64,000 bases of DNA from Eubacteriales bacterium. Lineage in GTDB: Bacteria; Bacillota; Clostridia; Christensenellales; Aristaeellaceae. Where the stretch lies: NCBI GenBank assembly GCA_031551775.1, contig JAVBND010000006.1:3748-67747 (forward strand), written 5' to 3'. Under the pieces are notes generated by a model. The model ran no database searches. It had not been told where the DNA came from and worked only from the letters and a program-made list of their open reading frames with translations. How positions within the stretch are numbered: position 1 is the stretch's first letter; each line of letters starts with the position of its first letter. Below, in pieces: positions 37,765-47,081 of the stretch. Position numbers and translations under genes: made by a program.

Positions 37765-38453
37765 AGACCCGGCCTCGCGCGCGCGGAGGGGATGTATTTA
37801 TAGCCCTCGGAAAATATGGTTCTGATTTGCCCAAGAGAGGGGTCCGTTGCGAGTTTGGCGCGAATGCGGCGGATTGCGGTGAACAGCGTTGATTCCTCGC
37901 CGCCGACTTGCCTTAGCAATTCGGCCTTTGAAACGGTTTCTCTCGCATGATCAAGCAACAGGGAGATCACGTCATACTCGCTTCTTGACATGATCAGGTT
38001 TATGCCGTTGATTGCTATCGTGCGCGTGTCCTCCCTGAGCACCACGCCGGGTTGAGGGCTGTTCACAGTGCCATTGACGCCGTCAAAAATCCGGTTCCTG
38101 CGAATCTGTGCGTAGATTCGCACCGCAAGTTCCCGCACGGAATAGGGCTTGGTCATGTAGTCGTCCCCGCCCGCCATGAGGCCGCTTATGCGGTGGTCCT
38201 CAGAATCCAGGCAGCTCAGGAAGATGATGGGCGCTTTGTTCGTGCCGTGCCGCGCGGCGGCGCACACCGAGAATCCGTCGAGGTCCGGCAGCATTACGTC
38301 GAGCACCACACAGTCGTAGGGGGTGCTTTGGAGAAGCGCCAGCGCCTGCGCGCCGGACATGGCAAGGTCCACCTGATAGCCTTTGCTCGTCAGGTATTCG
38401 CGATTGGCGTCCTGAATTTCGCAGTTGTCGTCAACCAGCAGAATTCTGTTCAT
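37761..38453 (-). CDS. OmpR-family response regulator
   Basis: ILLVDD, VLDVMLPDLDG, GGDDYMTKPY, winged-helix C-terminus. Confidence 0.92.
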   Translation of the reverse strand: MNRILLVDDNCEIQDANREYLTSKGYQVDLAMSGAQALALLQSTPYDCVVLDVMLPDLDGFSVCAAARHGTNKAPIIFLSCLDSEDHRISGLMAGGDDYMTKPYSVRELAVRIYAQIRRNRIFDGVNGTVNSPQPGVVLREDTRTIAINGINLIMSRSEYDVISLLLDHARETVSKAELLRQVGGEESTLFTAIRRIRAKLATDPSLGQIRTIFSEGYKYIPSARARPGL

Positions 38454-38464
38454 GCGCCACCTCT

Positions 38465-39670
38465 CTAAGGCTCACTGCCTTCTTGCCAGTTTTCGGGGAT
38501 GGTCAGTTCGTCCACCTTGCTGAGCTTCTTCGTGATTTGGCGCGTGCGCGTGGATGCTTGGTCCAGTTCCGCGCCCGCTTGATCCAGGCGCTGTCGGGTA
38601 CGTTCAAGCGCTTCGCCGAATTGGTAGAATTCGCCCCGGACCGCGCCGAGCAAGCGCCAGATTTCCTCCGAGCGCTGTTCGACCGCGAGTGTTTGAAAAC
38701 CCATTTGCAGGCTTGTCAGGAGCGCGGAGAGCGTGGTCGGGCCGCTCACCATGATGCGGTACTTGTCTTGCAGCTTCTCACACAGGCCGCTGATGCGCAG
38801 CGCCTCGGCGAAGAGGCCTTCGATCGGCAGGAACATCACCGCGAAATCCGTGGTGTGGGGCACGCGGATGTATTTTGAAGCGATGCGCTTGGCTTCATCC
38901 GTCAAGACGCGCTCGAGCGCCGCGCCCGCTTGCTCAATGGCCGCCTTGTCACCCGCTTCGGCGGCGTCGAGCAGGCGCTGATAGGATTCCTGCGGAAATT
39001 TGGCGTCAATGGGGAGGAGGATCGGGTTTGCTTCCTTGCCCGGCAGCACGACAGCGAATTCAACGCGCTCGCGCCCGCCCGGTTCGACAGCGGTGTTCTC
39101 GAAGTATTGCTCGCGCGTCAGGTTTTGCTCAAGCAGCGCTTTGAGGCGCACTTCGCCCCATACGCCGCGCGTCTTGACGCCCGCGAGCACGCGCTTAAGA
39201 TCGCCCACGCCTTGGGCCAAATGCTTCATTTCGCCAAGGCCTTTGTAGACGCGCTCAAGCTGTTCACCTACCTGTTTAAACGATTCGCCCAAGCGCTTCT
39301 CCAGTGTCGCCTGCAGTTTATGATCGACCGTTTCGCGCATCTCGGTCATTTGCTGTTGCTGTTGGGTGAGCGCTAAGTTCATGCGCGCCATCATGCGTTC
39401 GATGCGCTCTTCATTGGCCTGCGCGCTGGTCGAAAGCAACTGGCCCACCAGTTGGAGTTCGCGGTTTGTGCGCTCGCCCGTCATCTCCATGCGCGAGGAT
39501 AAGTCCTGATGCTGGTGGCGGCGGTAGCGTTCCATTTCGTTCAAGCGGGTGTTCAGCGTGCGCGTCATGGCGCGCAGACGCGCAATCATGAGCACCGACA
39601 GCGTCAGCGCAACGAACAGCGCGCCGATGAGTGTCGCCATGCCGGGGTTGGCGTTCAAGTATTCGATCAT
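38465..39670 (-). CDS. rmuC: DNA recombination protein RmuC
   Basis: KTRGVWGE, LPIDAKFP, KYI..P.TTDFAVMFLP.EGL, GPTTL.ALL.SLQMGF. Confidence 0.93.
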   Translation of the reverse strand: MIEYLNANPGMATLIGALFVALTLSVLMIARLRAMTRTLNTRLNEMERYRRHQHQDLSSRMEMTGERTNRELQLVGQLLSTSAQANEERIERMMARMNLALTQQQQQMTEMRETVDHKLQATLEKRLGESFKQVGEQLERVYKGLGEMKHLAQGVGDLKRVLAGVKTRGVWGEVRLKALLEQNLTREQYFENTAVEPGGRERVEFAVVLPGKEANPILLPIDAKFPQESYQRLLDAAEAGDKAAIEQAGAALERVLTDEAKRIASKYIRVPHTTDFAVMFLPIEGLFAEALRISGLCEKLQDKYRIMVSGPTTLSALLTSLQMGFQTLAVEQRSEEIWRLLGAVRGEFYQFGEALERTRQRLDQAGAELDQASTRTRQITKKLSKVDELTIPENWQEGSEP

Positions 39671-41256
39671 GGCTGACCGTCCCCCACATTTCCCCCCATT
39701 AAGGCCTCGGCGCATTTTACGCCATCGACTGCCGCCGACATGATGCCGCCCGCGTAGCCGGCGCCTTCGCCGCAGGGGTAGAGTCCGGCGATGGATGATT
39801 CAAAATTTGTTCCGCGCGTCAGGCGCACAGGGGAAGAAGAGCGTGTTTCAACGCCGGTCAGCACAGCGCCGGAGGCCGCGAAGCCCCTCAGTTGCCTGTC
39901 CATGGCGAGAAGCCCTTCGCGCATGGCGTGAACGGCAAACGCGGGCAGAGCGCGTGAAAGGTCTGTGTAGGTCACGCCGGGGCGGTAGGTGGGCAGGACG
40001 TCGCCCGCACCGCTCTTCTTCGCGCCGGTTAAAAAATCACCTACGCGCTCGGCGGGCGCGCGATAGTCACCGCCGCCCAGGTCGTACGCTGCCCTTTCCC
40101 ATTGGCGCTGAAAACCGATGCCGCTCAGCGGGTTTTCGCCGAAGTCCTCAGGCAAAACCGAGACCAGCAGGGCACTGTTTGCGTTTTGACCGTCGCGCAA
40201 GAAAGCGCTCATGCCATTGGTGGCGACGCCTCCGGCCTCGGATGCCGCCGCGACCACCGTACCGCCGGGGCACATGCAGAAGGTATATACGCCGCGTCCG
40301 TCGCGGGCCTTGGCGCTGAGTTTGTAATCCGCCGCGCCGAGCGATGGATGATGGGCGGCCGCGCCGTACTGCGCGCGGTCGATCATCGCCTGTCTGTGCT
40401 CGATGCGGCAGCCGATTGAGAAGGGCTTCGCGATCATGGGGACCCCCCCGGCATACAAGGCTTCAAACGTATCGCGTGCGCTGTGGCCGATGGCGAGGAT
40501 GAGCTTTTGGGCTTCAATTTCGCGCCCGTTCGCTTCGATGCCGATCAGGCGGCCGCCGTCCGTGACCAGGCGCGCAAGGCGCGTTTCAAATTGAACTTCG
40601 CCGCCCAAACGCTCGATTTCGCGGCGTATGGAAGAAACCACGCCCGGCAAGCGGTCGGTGCCGATGTGCGGCTTGGCTTCGTAAAGGATCATTTCGGGCG
40701 CGCCGTGCTCGCAAAGCGTCTCAAGCACGAAACGGCAACGCGAATCGGATATGCCTGTGGTCAGCTTGCCGTCTGAAAAAGCGCCCGCGCCGCCTTCGCC
40801 GAATTGGACATTGCTGGCGGGGTCCAACCCTTGACCGGAGAAGAACGATTTAACATCGCGCGCACGCTGATCGACCGGCCGGCCACGCTCGAGGATCAGG
40901 GGTCTGAGCCCCGCGCGCGAAAGAACAAGGCCCGCAAAGAGGCCTGCCGGACCGAGCCCGACTACGACCGGACGCTTCATTCCTGGCGGCGCGGAGGGGA
41001 GACGGTAAGGTTCATGAACGACCCCTGACAATTGCGCGCCGCGCGGGGGCTTGAGGGCTGACGGGTTTACCGACGCCTCAAAATCAATTGAAAGCACAAG
41101 GCAGACGTCGCGCTTGTCGCGCGCATCGACAGATTTTTTGTACAATCTTGCATTTTGAATGGCGGATTCCGCGACGCCGAGCGCTTTTGCGACGATCCAT
41201 GCCGGGCGGCTCAGCGGAGCGTCCAGTGCGGTTTTAAGGTTCGAGATTCGAAGCAT
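39667..41256 (-). CDS. Uncharacterised FAD-dependent oxidoreductase (COG2509-type)
   Basis: GLGPAG, SNVQFGEGGAGAFSDGKL, FCMCPGG, ETRSSSP, GEGAGYAGGI. Confidence 0.9.
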   Translation of the reverse strand: MLRISNLKTALDAPLSRPAWIVAKALGVAESAIQNARLYKKSVDARDKRDVCLVLSIDFEASVNPSALKPPRGAQLSGVVHEPYRLPSAPPGMKRPVVVGLGPAGLFAGLVLSRAGLRPLILERGRPVDQRARDVKSFFSGQGLDPASNVQFGEGGAGAFSDGKLTTGISDSRCRFVLETLCEHGAPEMILYEAKPHIGTDRLPGVVSSIRREIERLGGEVQFETRLARLVTDGGRLIGIEANGREIEAQKLILAIGHSARDTFEALYAGGVPMIAKPFSIGCRIEHRQAMIDRAQYGAAAHHPSLGAADYKLSAKARDGRGVYTFCMCPGGTVVAAASEAGGVATNGMSAFLRDGQNANSALLVSVLPEDFGENPLSGIGFQRQWERAAYDLGGGDYRAPAERVGDFLTGAKKSGAGDVLPTYRPGVTYTDLSRALPAFAVHAMREGLLAMDRQLRGFAASGAVLTGVETRSSSPVRLTRGTNFESSIAGLYPCGEGAGYAGGIMSAAVDGVKCAEALMGGNVGDGQP

Positions 41257-41257
41257 G

Positions 41258-42496
41258 TCAGGCTCCTTTGAAAGATTTCGCCAGGGCGTGGGCCGCGGCG
41301 AGCGCGCTTGCCCAGGCCCAATGAAGGTTGTAGCCGCCGCATTGGCCATCTACGTCAAGCACTTCGCCCGTCGCGTACAGGCCGGGAAGTTTGCTGGACT
41401 CCATGGAAACCGGATCGAAGAAACGGGTGTCAAGGCCGCCGGAAGTCACCTGCGCGTCGTCAAACCCGCGCGTGCCGGACAGCGGAAGACGCCAGTCGAT
41501 GAGCAGGCGCGAAAGACGGCGCGTTTCATCCGCCGTCAAGGAAGAAGCGGTGCGCGTAAGCGGGCCGATACCCGCCGATTTCACGAGCGTCTGGCCCAGG
41601 CGCTTGGGAAGAAGGCCGCTCAAAAGATCCTCAAGCGCGCGTGCCGGAAGCGTTGCGGTCAAGGCTTCAAGCCGTGCCAGCGATTCGGTTTTTGTAAAAG
41701 GCGTCAGGCAGAGTGAGATCTCAGCGCGCGCGCCGCGCGCGAATGCCTCGGCTGCCGTTTTTCCAAGCGCCATCGCGGCGATGCCGGAAAGGCCGTATTC
41801 GGTAAAAAGCACTTCACCCTGGCTTTCATCCAAAGTTTTCTCTCCCGAGACCAGGCGCACGCGGCACGCGGCGCGGATGCCCTTGAGTGCGCGAACGAGT
41901 TCGGGATCGGTCTTGAGCTGAACCAAGGCAGGCAGACAGCGCGTGACCGGGTGGCCGAGCGCTTTCATGAGCTTGTGCCCGGAGGAAGAACCGCCGAGTT
42001 TCGCGCCCGCGGGACCGCCGGTCGCGAGCACCACGCTTTGAGCGGTAACGGTTTGACCGTCCACCGAAGTTAGCCCAAAACCGCGCGTGAGGGTCTGAAC
42101 TTCAAAGCCTGTCAGAACGCTTACGCCCGATTCTTGAAGCGCGAGGCGCAGCGCGTCAAGCGCGGAAGCGGCCTGGTCGCTTACGGGGTAGACGCGTCCT
42201 TGTTCATCCGGCGCGCAAAAAAGGCCAAGCGATTCAAACACGAAGAGCACTTCGCGCGGCGGAAAACGCTCAAGCGCCGCGCGCGCAAAATCCGCGCCCC
42301 CAGGATAGCAGCGCGCCGAAAGGTTCATATTGGTGATGTTGCATCGGCCGTTGCCTGTCGCCAGAAGTTTTTTGCCCACGCGCGCCTGGCGCTCAAGGAC
42401 GACCACCGAGAGGGCGGGCGAGAGGCGCTTAAGCATCACGGCGGTGAGCATCCCGCTGGCGCCGCCGCCAATGACGGCCACATCGAATCGGCTCAC
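41258..42496 (-). CDS. HI0933/BaiN/YhiN family flavoprotein
   Basis: GGGASG, GKKLLATGNGRCNITN, AQVTSGG, GEVLDVDGQCGGYNL. Confidence 0.93.
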   Translation of the reverse strand: MSRFDVAVIGGGASGMLTAVMLKRLSPALSVVVLERQARVGKKLLATGNGRCNITNMNLSARCYPGGADFARAALERFPPREVLFVFESLGLFCAPDEQGRVYPVSDQAASALDALRLALQESGVSVLTGFEVQTLTRGFGLTSVDGQTVTAQSVVLATGGPAGAKLGGSSSGHKLMKALGHPVTRCLPALVQLKTDPELVRALKGIRAACRVRLVSGEKTLDESQGEVLFTEYGLSGIAAMALGKTAAEAFARGARAEISLCLTPFTKTESLARLEALTATLPARALEDLLSGLLPKRLGQTLVKSAGIGPLTRTASSLTADETRRLSRLLIDWRLPLSGTRGFDDAQVTSGGLDTRFFDPVSMESSKLPGLYATGEVLDVDGQCGGYNLHWAWASALAAAHALAKSFKGA

Positions 42497-44631
42497 AGGA
42501 TGATGCCCATCTCCTTAACCGTTACATCGTCGGTCATGATTGAAAGTGCGTGAAGCGCGCGGGAACTGGCGGTGTAGAGGCGGCGCCGTTCGTCGTCGGC
42601 CAATTCCACGCGCGGCCAGACCACCGCGACCGCGTCAAACTCAAGCCCCTTCATGAGCAGGAAACTGCCGACAACCACGCCGCCCGCATCGGGTAGCATG
42701 TCGTTGTCATCGCCGGTTAAGAGAACCGAGCCCGGAATCTGCCGCGCCAATTGCGCGGCTTCGGTTTGCGTGCGCGCGATGACCGCGATGGCGCGAATGC
42801 CATCTTGCGCGGTCCAACGCGAAAGCGCATCGTTCAGTTTTTCTTTTGAGTACGTCGTGAGCATCGGCCAGTCGCCGTCGCGGCCAAAGATTTCGTTCTT
42901 GGCGCCTTCGGGCAGCAATGCCGTACACAGGCGCGTGATCGGCAATGTGGAGCGGTAGCACTTGGTCAGCTCAATGATCGGAGATTCGGGTTCGTCAAAG
43001 CACGCGCCCCAGCTCTTGGGGTCGCAAGCGCTCATACCGGGGCATGTGCGCTGGTTGGGATCCCCGAGCAGCGTCACGTGCGAGGCGGGAAAATGGAGCC
43101 GCAGCATCCGAAGCGCGATGTCACTGTAGTCTTGCGCTTCATCGATCAGCAGGTGCATGATCTGCTTGTCGGGCGATTGGAAGCCCAGTTTTAGGCGAAG
43201 GTACGCAATCGCGGGCGCGTCTTCCCACCAGACCAGGCGCGCCTTGGCATTTTCGGCGGCTGCGCTTGCGAGCGGTTCACCCGCGCCTTCAAGGGCTTGA
43301 GCGTACAGCAGGAGCGGATCGTCGATCAGCATGGCGCGAATCTGCGCCCGGACCGGTTGGAGTTGGTGGGATACGGCGAGCTTCGACGCCATTTCCAGGT
43401 CCTTGCCCCGGTAGCGCCCAAACAACTGATTCGCGTATTGCTCGCGAAGCGTCTTCTCCCAAACGTCCAGGCGGTTTTGGAGTACCGTTCCAATGCGGAT
43501 AAGGCGCAGCGCTGGCATGAGCGTGCGGTATTCTACGCGGTAAAGCCGTTCGAGTTCGCCCTTTTCGGCCAGCACGTGCTTGCCCATGGCGATTTGCCGA
43601 AACTCGGGGCCCAGGTTGCGGTATAGCTCGGCAAAGCGTTCAAGCATGGCGCTGAAGCGCATATCGCTTTTGAAGCGCACGCTTTCGATCCGAAGTTCGT
43701 CGCCGGTTGAGAGAATTTCACTTTGCTTAAGCGGCGTTTCGCATTCTACCCCCAGGATGGGCGCGAGCAACGCGCGCAGGGTATAGGTGGGCGCGTTTTC
43801 TTCGCCAAGGTCGGGCAGGACGGTGGAAATGTATTCGGAAAACGCGCTGCCCGGCGATAAAACCGCGATGCGCTTGGCGTCAAGCGAGGAGCGCTGGCGG
43901 TACATCAGGTAGGCCGCGCGGTGCATGGCGACCGAAGTCTTGCCGGAACCGGCCCCGCCTATGACGCTTAACACGCGGGCTTTCTCTTGCCGGATGGCGG
44001 CGTTTTGTTCTTTTTGGATGGTGGAGACGATGAGGCGCATGTGCGGTGTCGTTGCGCGCGAGAGGATTTCGAGCAACATTTCATCGTCAATCGATACGTC
44101 GGTATCGACGTAGTATTTCAGACGGCCGTTTTCCATGCGGTACTGCCGCTTGAGCGTCAGGGCGCCCGAAATGACGCCCGAGGGACAGTCATAGCTGGCG
44201 GGGCCCGGCGTGGAATCGTAATAAAGGCTTGAGATGGGCGCGCGCCAATCATGTACGATCAATTCGCCCGCCGGATTTTTGAGGCTGTACAGCCCGATTA
44301 CAATTTTTTCCGATTCTTCCGTGCCTTCTTCGACGAAATCGACCCGCCCGATGAAGGGGGTTAGAAGCATTTTTTCGTACCGCCCAGCCAATTCCGCCGT
44401 AAACGCTTTGCGAGCCAGCACCCGGTCAATCTCGCCGGAAAGCTGCATCAGGTCCTGGGGCGAGAGCGCGGTTGGCTTCATGCGCAATTCCTCCCACGCG
44501 TCGGACAGCATCATGCGTATGCTCTCATCGTGGAAGTCGCTGTAGCCTTTGTATTGCTCAATCACCGCAAGCAGCAATTGCTGCACCATTGCGGTGTACT
44601 CGCGCTCTTGACGAAGTTCGTTTGGATCCAA
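42493..44631 (-). CDS. helD: HelD-like RNA polymerase recycling ATPase (UvrD/SF1-like)
   Basis: PFIGRVDF, DWRAPISSLYY, IVSTIQKEQN, GGAGSGKTSVAMHRAAYL, IDEAQD, KGLEFD. TTG start with AAGGAG RBS. Confidence 0.85.
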   Translation of the reverse strand: MDPNELRQEREYTAMVQQLLLAVIEQYKGYSDFHDESIRMMLSDAWEELRMKPTALSPQDLMQLSGEIDRVLARKAFTAELAGRYEKMLLTPFIGRVDFVEEGTEESEKIVIGLYSLKNPAGELIVHDWRAPISSLYYDSTPGPASYDCPSGVISGALTLKRQYRMENGRLKYYVDTDVSIDDEMLLEILSRATTPHMRLIVSTIQKEQNAAIRQEKARVLSVIGGAGSGKTSVAMHRAAYLMYRQRSSLDAKRIAVLSPGSAFSEYISTVLPDLGEENAPTYTLRALLAPILGVECETPLKQSEILSTGDELRIESVRFKSDMRFSAMLERFAELYRNLGPEFRQIAMGKHVLAEKGELERLYRVEYRTLMPALRLIRIGTVLQNRLDVWEKTLREQYANQLFGRYRGKDLEMASKLAVSHQLQPVRAQIRAMLIDDPLLLYAQALEGAGEPLASAAAENAKARLVWWEDAPAIAYLRLKLGFQSPDKQIMHLLIDEAQDYSDIALRMLRLHFPASHVTLLGDPNQRTCPGMSACDPKSWGACFDEPESPIIELTKCYRSTLPITRLCTALLPEGAKNEIFGRDGDWPMLTTYSKEKLNDALSRWTAQDGIRAIAVIARTQTEAAQLARQIPGSVLLTGDDNDMLPDAGGVVVGSFLLMKGLEFDAVAVVWPRVELADDERRRLYTASSRALHALSIMTDDVTVKEMGIIL

Positions 44632-44663
44632 ATTTACCACTCCTTTGGCGGGGCACATAGTTC

Positions 44664-44744
44664 ATTATACCATATACCGCTCCGCTTGACAAATGCGAAT
44701 CTGAAAAACATGCATTTGCGATTTTTTGCCAGTTGTTGTATAAT
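44664..44744. promoter_or_regulatory. Divergent sigmaA promoters for helD (minus) and nadE (plus)
   Basis: Minus strand: TTGTCA-17-TATAAT (44692-44664). Plus strand: TTGCGA-17-TATAAT (44716-44744). Confidence 0.7.
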
Positions 44745-44786
44745 CATCGTATCGAAGGATACCCTACGATTGAAGAGGGGAAATGG

Positions 44787-46703
44787 ATGAAAGACGGATT
44801 TGTGCGCGTCGCGGCGGGAACGCCGACGATTCGGGTAGGCGACACCGAATCGAATGCCGACGCGGTTATTTCGCTCATGCGGGATGCCCACGCCGCACAC
44901 GCGAAAGTGCTGGCGCTGCCGGAACTGTGCCTGACAGGGTATACTGCGGGCGACCTGTTTATGCAGGAGACGCTTAGAAAGGGCGCGATAGAGGCGCTTA
45001 AAAAAGTGGTCAAAGCCAGCAAGGGCATGGATCTTTTGACCTTCGTCGGAATCCCGCTGGCCGTCTCGGGCAAGTTGTACAATTGCGCGGTTGCGATTCA
45101 AAATGCGCAAGTGCTTGGCGTCGTGCCCAAGCGAAATATACCCAATTACGCAGAATTCTATGAACTCAGGCACTTTACGCCGGGTGAAGGCGCGGTAAGG
45201 GAGATTGAGTTGCTGGGGCAAAAGGTATCCTTTGGCGGCGACATCGTATTTGAGTGCGAAGAAATGCCTGAGCTGAGTGTGGCCTGCGAAATCTGCGAGG
45301 ACTTGTGGGTGGTGTATCCGCCATCCGCCGGCCACGCGCTCGCCGGCGCGAACCTCATTGTGAATCTGTCCGCGAGCGATGAAACCGTGGGTAAGGCGCA
45401 GTACCGCGAGCATTTGGTCAAGAGCCATTCGGCGCGCACCCTTTCGGCTTATGTATATGCCGATGCGGGCGAAGGCGAGTCGTCTACCGACATGGTGTTT
45501 TCCGGGCACAACCTGATCGGCGAAAACGGCGTCATACTGGCATCTTCCAAGCGGTATGAATTTGGGCTTGTGACGGCGGATATTGATTTGTCCCTCCTCA
45601 TAAACGAGCGCATGCGAATGAACACGTTCTCCATGGCGCGGGGCGCAAACGGGCACGCGCGCGTGATGTTTCATGTCAAGAAGGAGACGCTCGCGCTTGA
45701 GCGCTTTATCGATCCTTACCCCTTTGTGCCCGCCGGCGAAAGCAGGCGCGCCAAGCGCTGCGAGGATGTGCTCGACATTCAGGCACACGCGCTGGCCACA
45801 CGCCTTAGGCACATCGGCGCAAAAAAAGCCATCGTAGGCGTATCGGGCGGGCTTGATTCCACGCTGGCGCTGATCGTGACGGCGCGGGCGCTGGACTTGC
45901 TGGGGCTTGACCGCAAGGGAATCGTTGCCGTGACCATGCCTTGCTTCGGAACGACTGAACGCACGCTTGGCAATGCGATCAAGCTTTCGCAGGGCCTTCA
46001 CGCGACGCTGATTGAAGTGGACATTCGCGAAGCGGTCACTGGGCATCTAGAGGACATAGGGCACGACCTTGAGACGCGCGACGTAACCTATGAAAACGCG
46101 CAGGCGCGCGAACGGACGCAGGTTCTGATGGATCTGGCAAACAAACTGGGCGGGATTGTGGTAGGGACTGGCGACCTGAGTGAATTGGCGCTGGGATGGG
46201 CAACCTACAATGGCGATCACATGTCGATGTACGGCGTGAACGCGGGCGTACCCAAGACGCTGGTTAAGCATCTGGTGCGCTATGCAGCGGATGAGGCGAC
46301 CGACGAAGGGCTCAAGTCCGCTTTGACGGACGTGCTGGCGACCCCGGTCAGTCCTGAACTGTTGCCGCCCAAGGGCGGAACGATCAGCCAGGTGACGGAG
46401 GACATCGTAGGCCCCTACGAACTCCATGATTTCTTCCTGTATCACATGGTCCGCCGCATGGAACCGCCTGCCAAGATCAGGCGCCTGGCATTGGTGGCGT
46501 TTGAAGGGGAATACACGGGCGATGAGATCGACAAGTGGCTCGCAGTTTTCCTGAAGCGTTTCTTTGCCCAGCAGTTCAAGCGCTCGTGCTTGCCCGACGG
46601 ACCGAAGGTGGGATCGGTTTCACTGTCGCCGCGCGGCGATTGGCGCATGCCCAGCGACGCTTCGGGCAAAATATGGCTAAAAATTCAAGGAAACGACGCA
46701 TAG
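44787..46703 (+). CDS. nadE: Glutamine-dependent NAD(+) synthetase
   Basis: Nitrilase domain PELCLTGY, PK..IPNY.EFYE, EICEDLW; synthetase SGGLDST, ENAQARERT, QQFKRSCLPDGPK. Confidence 0.96.
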   Translation: MKDGFVRVAAGTPTIRVGDTESNADAVISLMRDAHAAHAKVLALPELCLTGYTAGDLFMQETLRKGAIEALKKVVKASKGMDLLTFVGIPLAVSGKLYNCAVAIQNAQVLGVVPKRNIPNYAEFYELRHFTPGEGAVREIELLGQKVSFGGDIVFECEEMPELSVACEICEDLWVVYPPSAGHALAGANLIVNLSASDETVGKAQYREHLVKSHSARTLSAYVYADAGEGESSTDMVFSGHNLIGENGVILASSKRYEFGLVTADIDLSLLINERMRMNTFSMARGANGHARVMFHVKKETLALERFIDPYPFVPAGESRRAKRCEDVLDIQAHALATRLRHIGAKKAIVGVSGGLDSTLALIVTARALDLLGLDRKGIVAVTMPCFGTTERTLGNAIKLSQGLHATLIEVDIREAVTGHLEDIGHDLETRDVTYENAQARERTQVLMDLANKLGGIVVGTGDLSELALGWATYNGDHMSMYGVNAGVPKTLVKHLVRYAADEATDEGLKSALTDVLATPVSPELLPPKGGTISQVTEDIVGPYELHDFFLYHMVRRMEPPAKIRRLALVAFEGEYTGDEIDKWLAVFLKRFFAQQFKRSCLPDGPKVGSVSLSPRGDWRMPSDASGKIWLKIQGNDA

Positions 46704-46752
46704 AATTGACATTGATCGTATAGAATAACGGAACGTAAGGAGGTGTGATTCC

Positions 46753-46959
46753 ATGAAAAAAGCGATTGTAATTGCTATGGTACTCGTGATGGCCGCGATG
46801 ATGGCGGCTTGCAGCCCGACCCCCACCACGCCTGCGGCGACGCCCGCTCCCGTTGTGACTGAGGCCCCCGTTGTGACCGAGGCCCCCGTCGTGACCGAGG
46901 CCCCCGTTGTGACCGAGGCGCCCGTCGTGACCGAGGCGCCTACGACGCCCGCTGCCTAA
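46753..46959 (+). CDS. Small lipoprotein consisting of Pro/Thr-rich (PVVTEA)5 repeats
   Basis: AAGGAGGTG RBS, MKK plus hydrophobic signal plus MAAC lipobox, own terminator. Confidence 0.8.
   Translation: MKKAIVIAMVLVMAAMMAACSPTPTTPAATPAPVVTEAPVVTEAPVVTEAPVVTEAPVVTEAPTTPAA
46849..46938 (+). repeat. Five tandem 18-bp repeats (CCCGTYGTGACYGAGGCS)
   Basis: Read directly from the sequence; units differ only at synonymous third positions. Confidence 0.95.
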
Positions 46960-46988
46960 AGCGATTAAAGCAACAAAAGCGAACGCTC

Positions 46989-47014
46989 GCTCCGGTGAAT
47001 ACCGGAGCTTTTTT
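46989..47014 (+). terminator. Intrinsic terminator
   Basis: GCTCCGGT-gaat-ACCGGAGC followed by T6. Confidence 0.85.
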
Positions 47015-47024
47015 ATTGAGATCG

Positions 47025-47053
47025 TTGAAATGTATAGAAAAAACGAGTATAAT
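47025..47053 (+). promoter_or_regulatory. sigmaA promoter of galE
   Basis: TTGAAA-17-TATAAT. Confidence 0.75.
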
Positions 47054-47081
47054 AAGCACGGCAAGGTGGGAGGTAGAGGTC

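Noticed and set aside
46706-46726. TTGACA and TAGAAT upstream of the small lipoprotein as a sigmaA promoter
   Set aside because: The spacing is only 9 nt, which is incompatible with sigmaA
46849-46938. Tandem repeats as a possible CRISPR array
   Set aside because: The 18-bp units are contiguous with no spacers, are in-frame coding, and no cas genes are present
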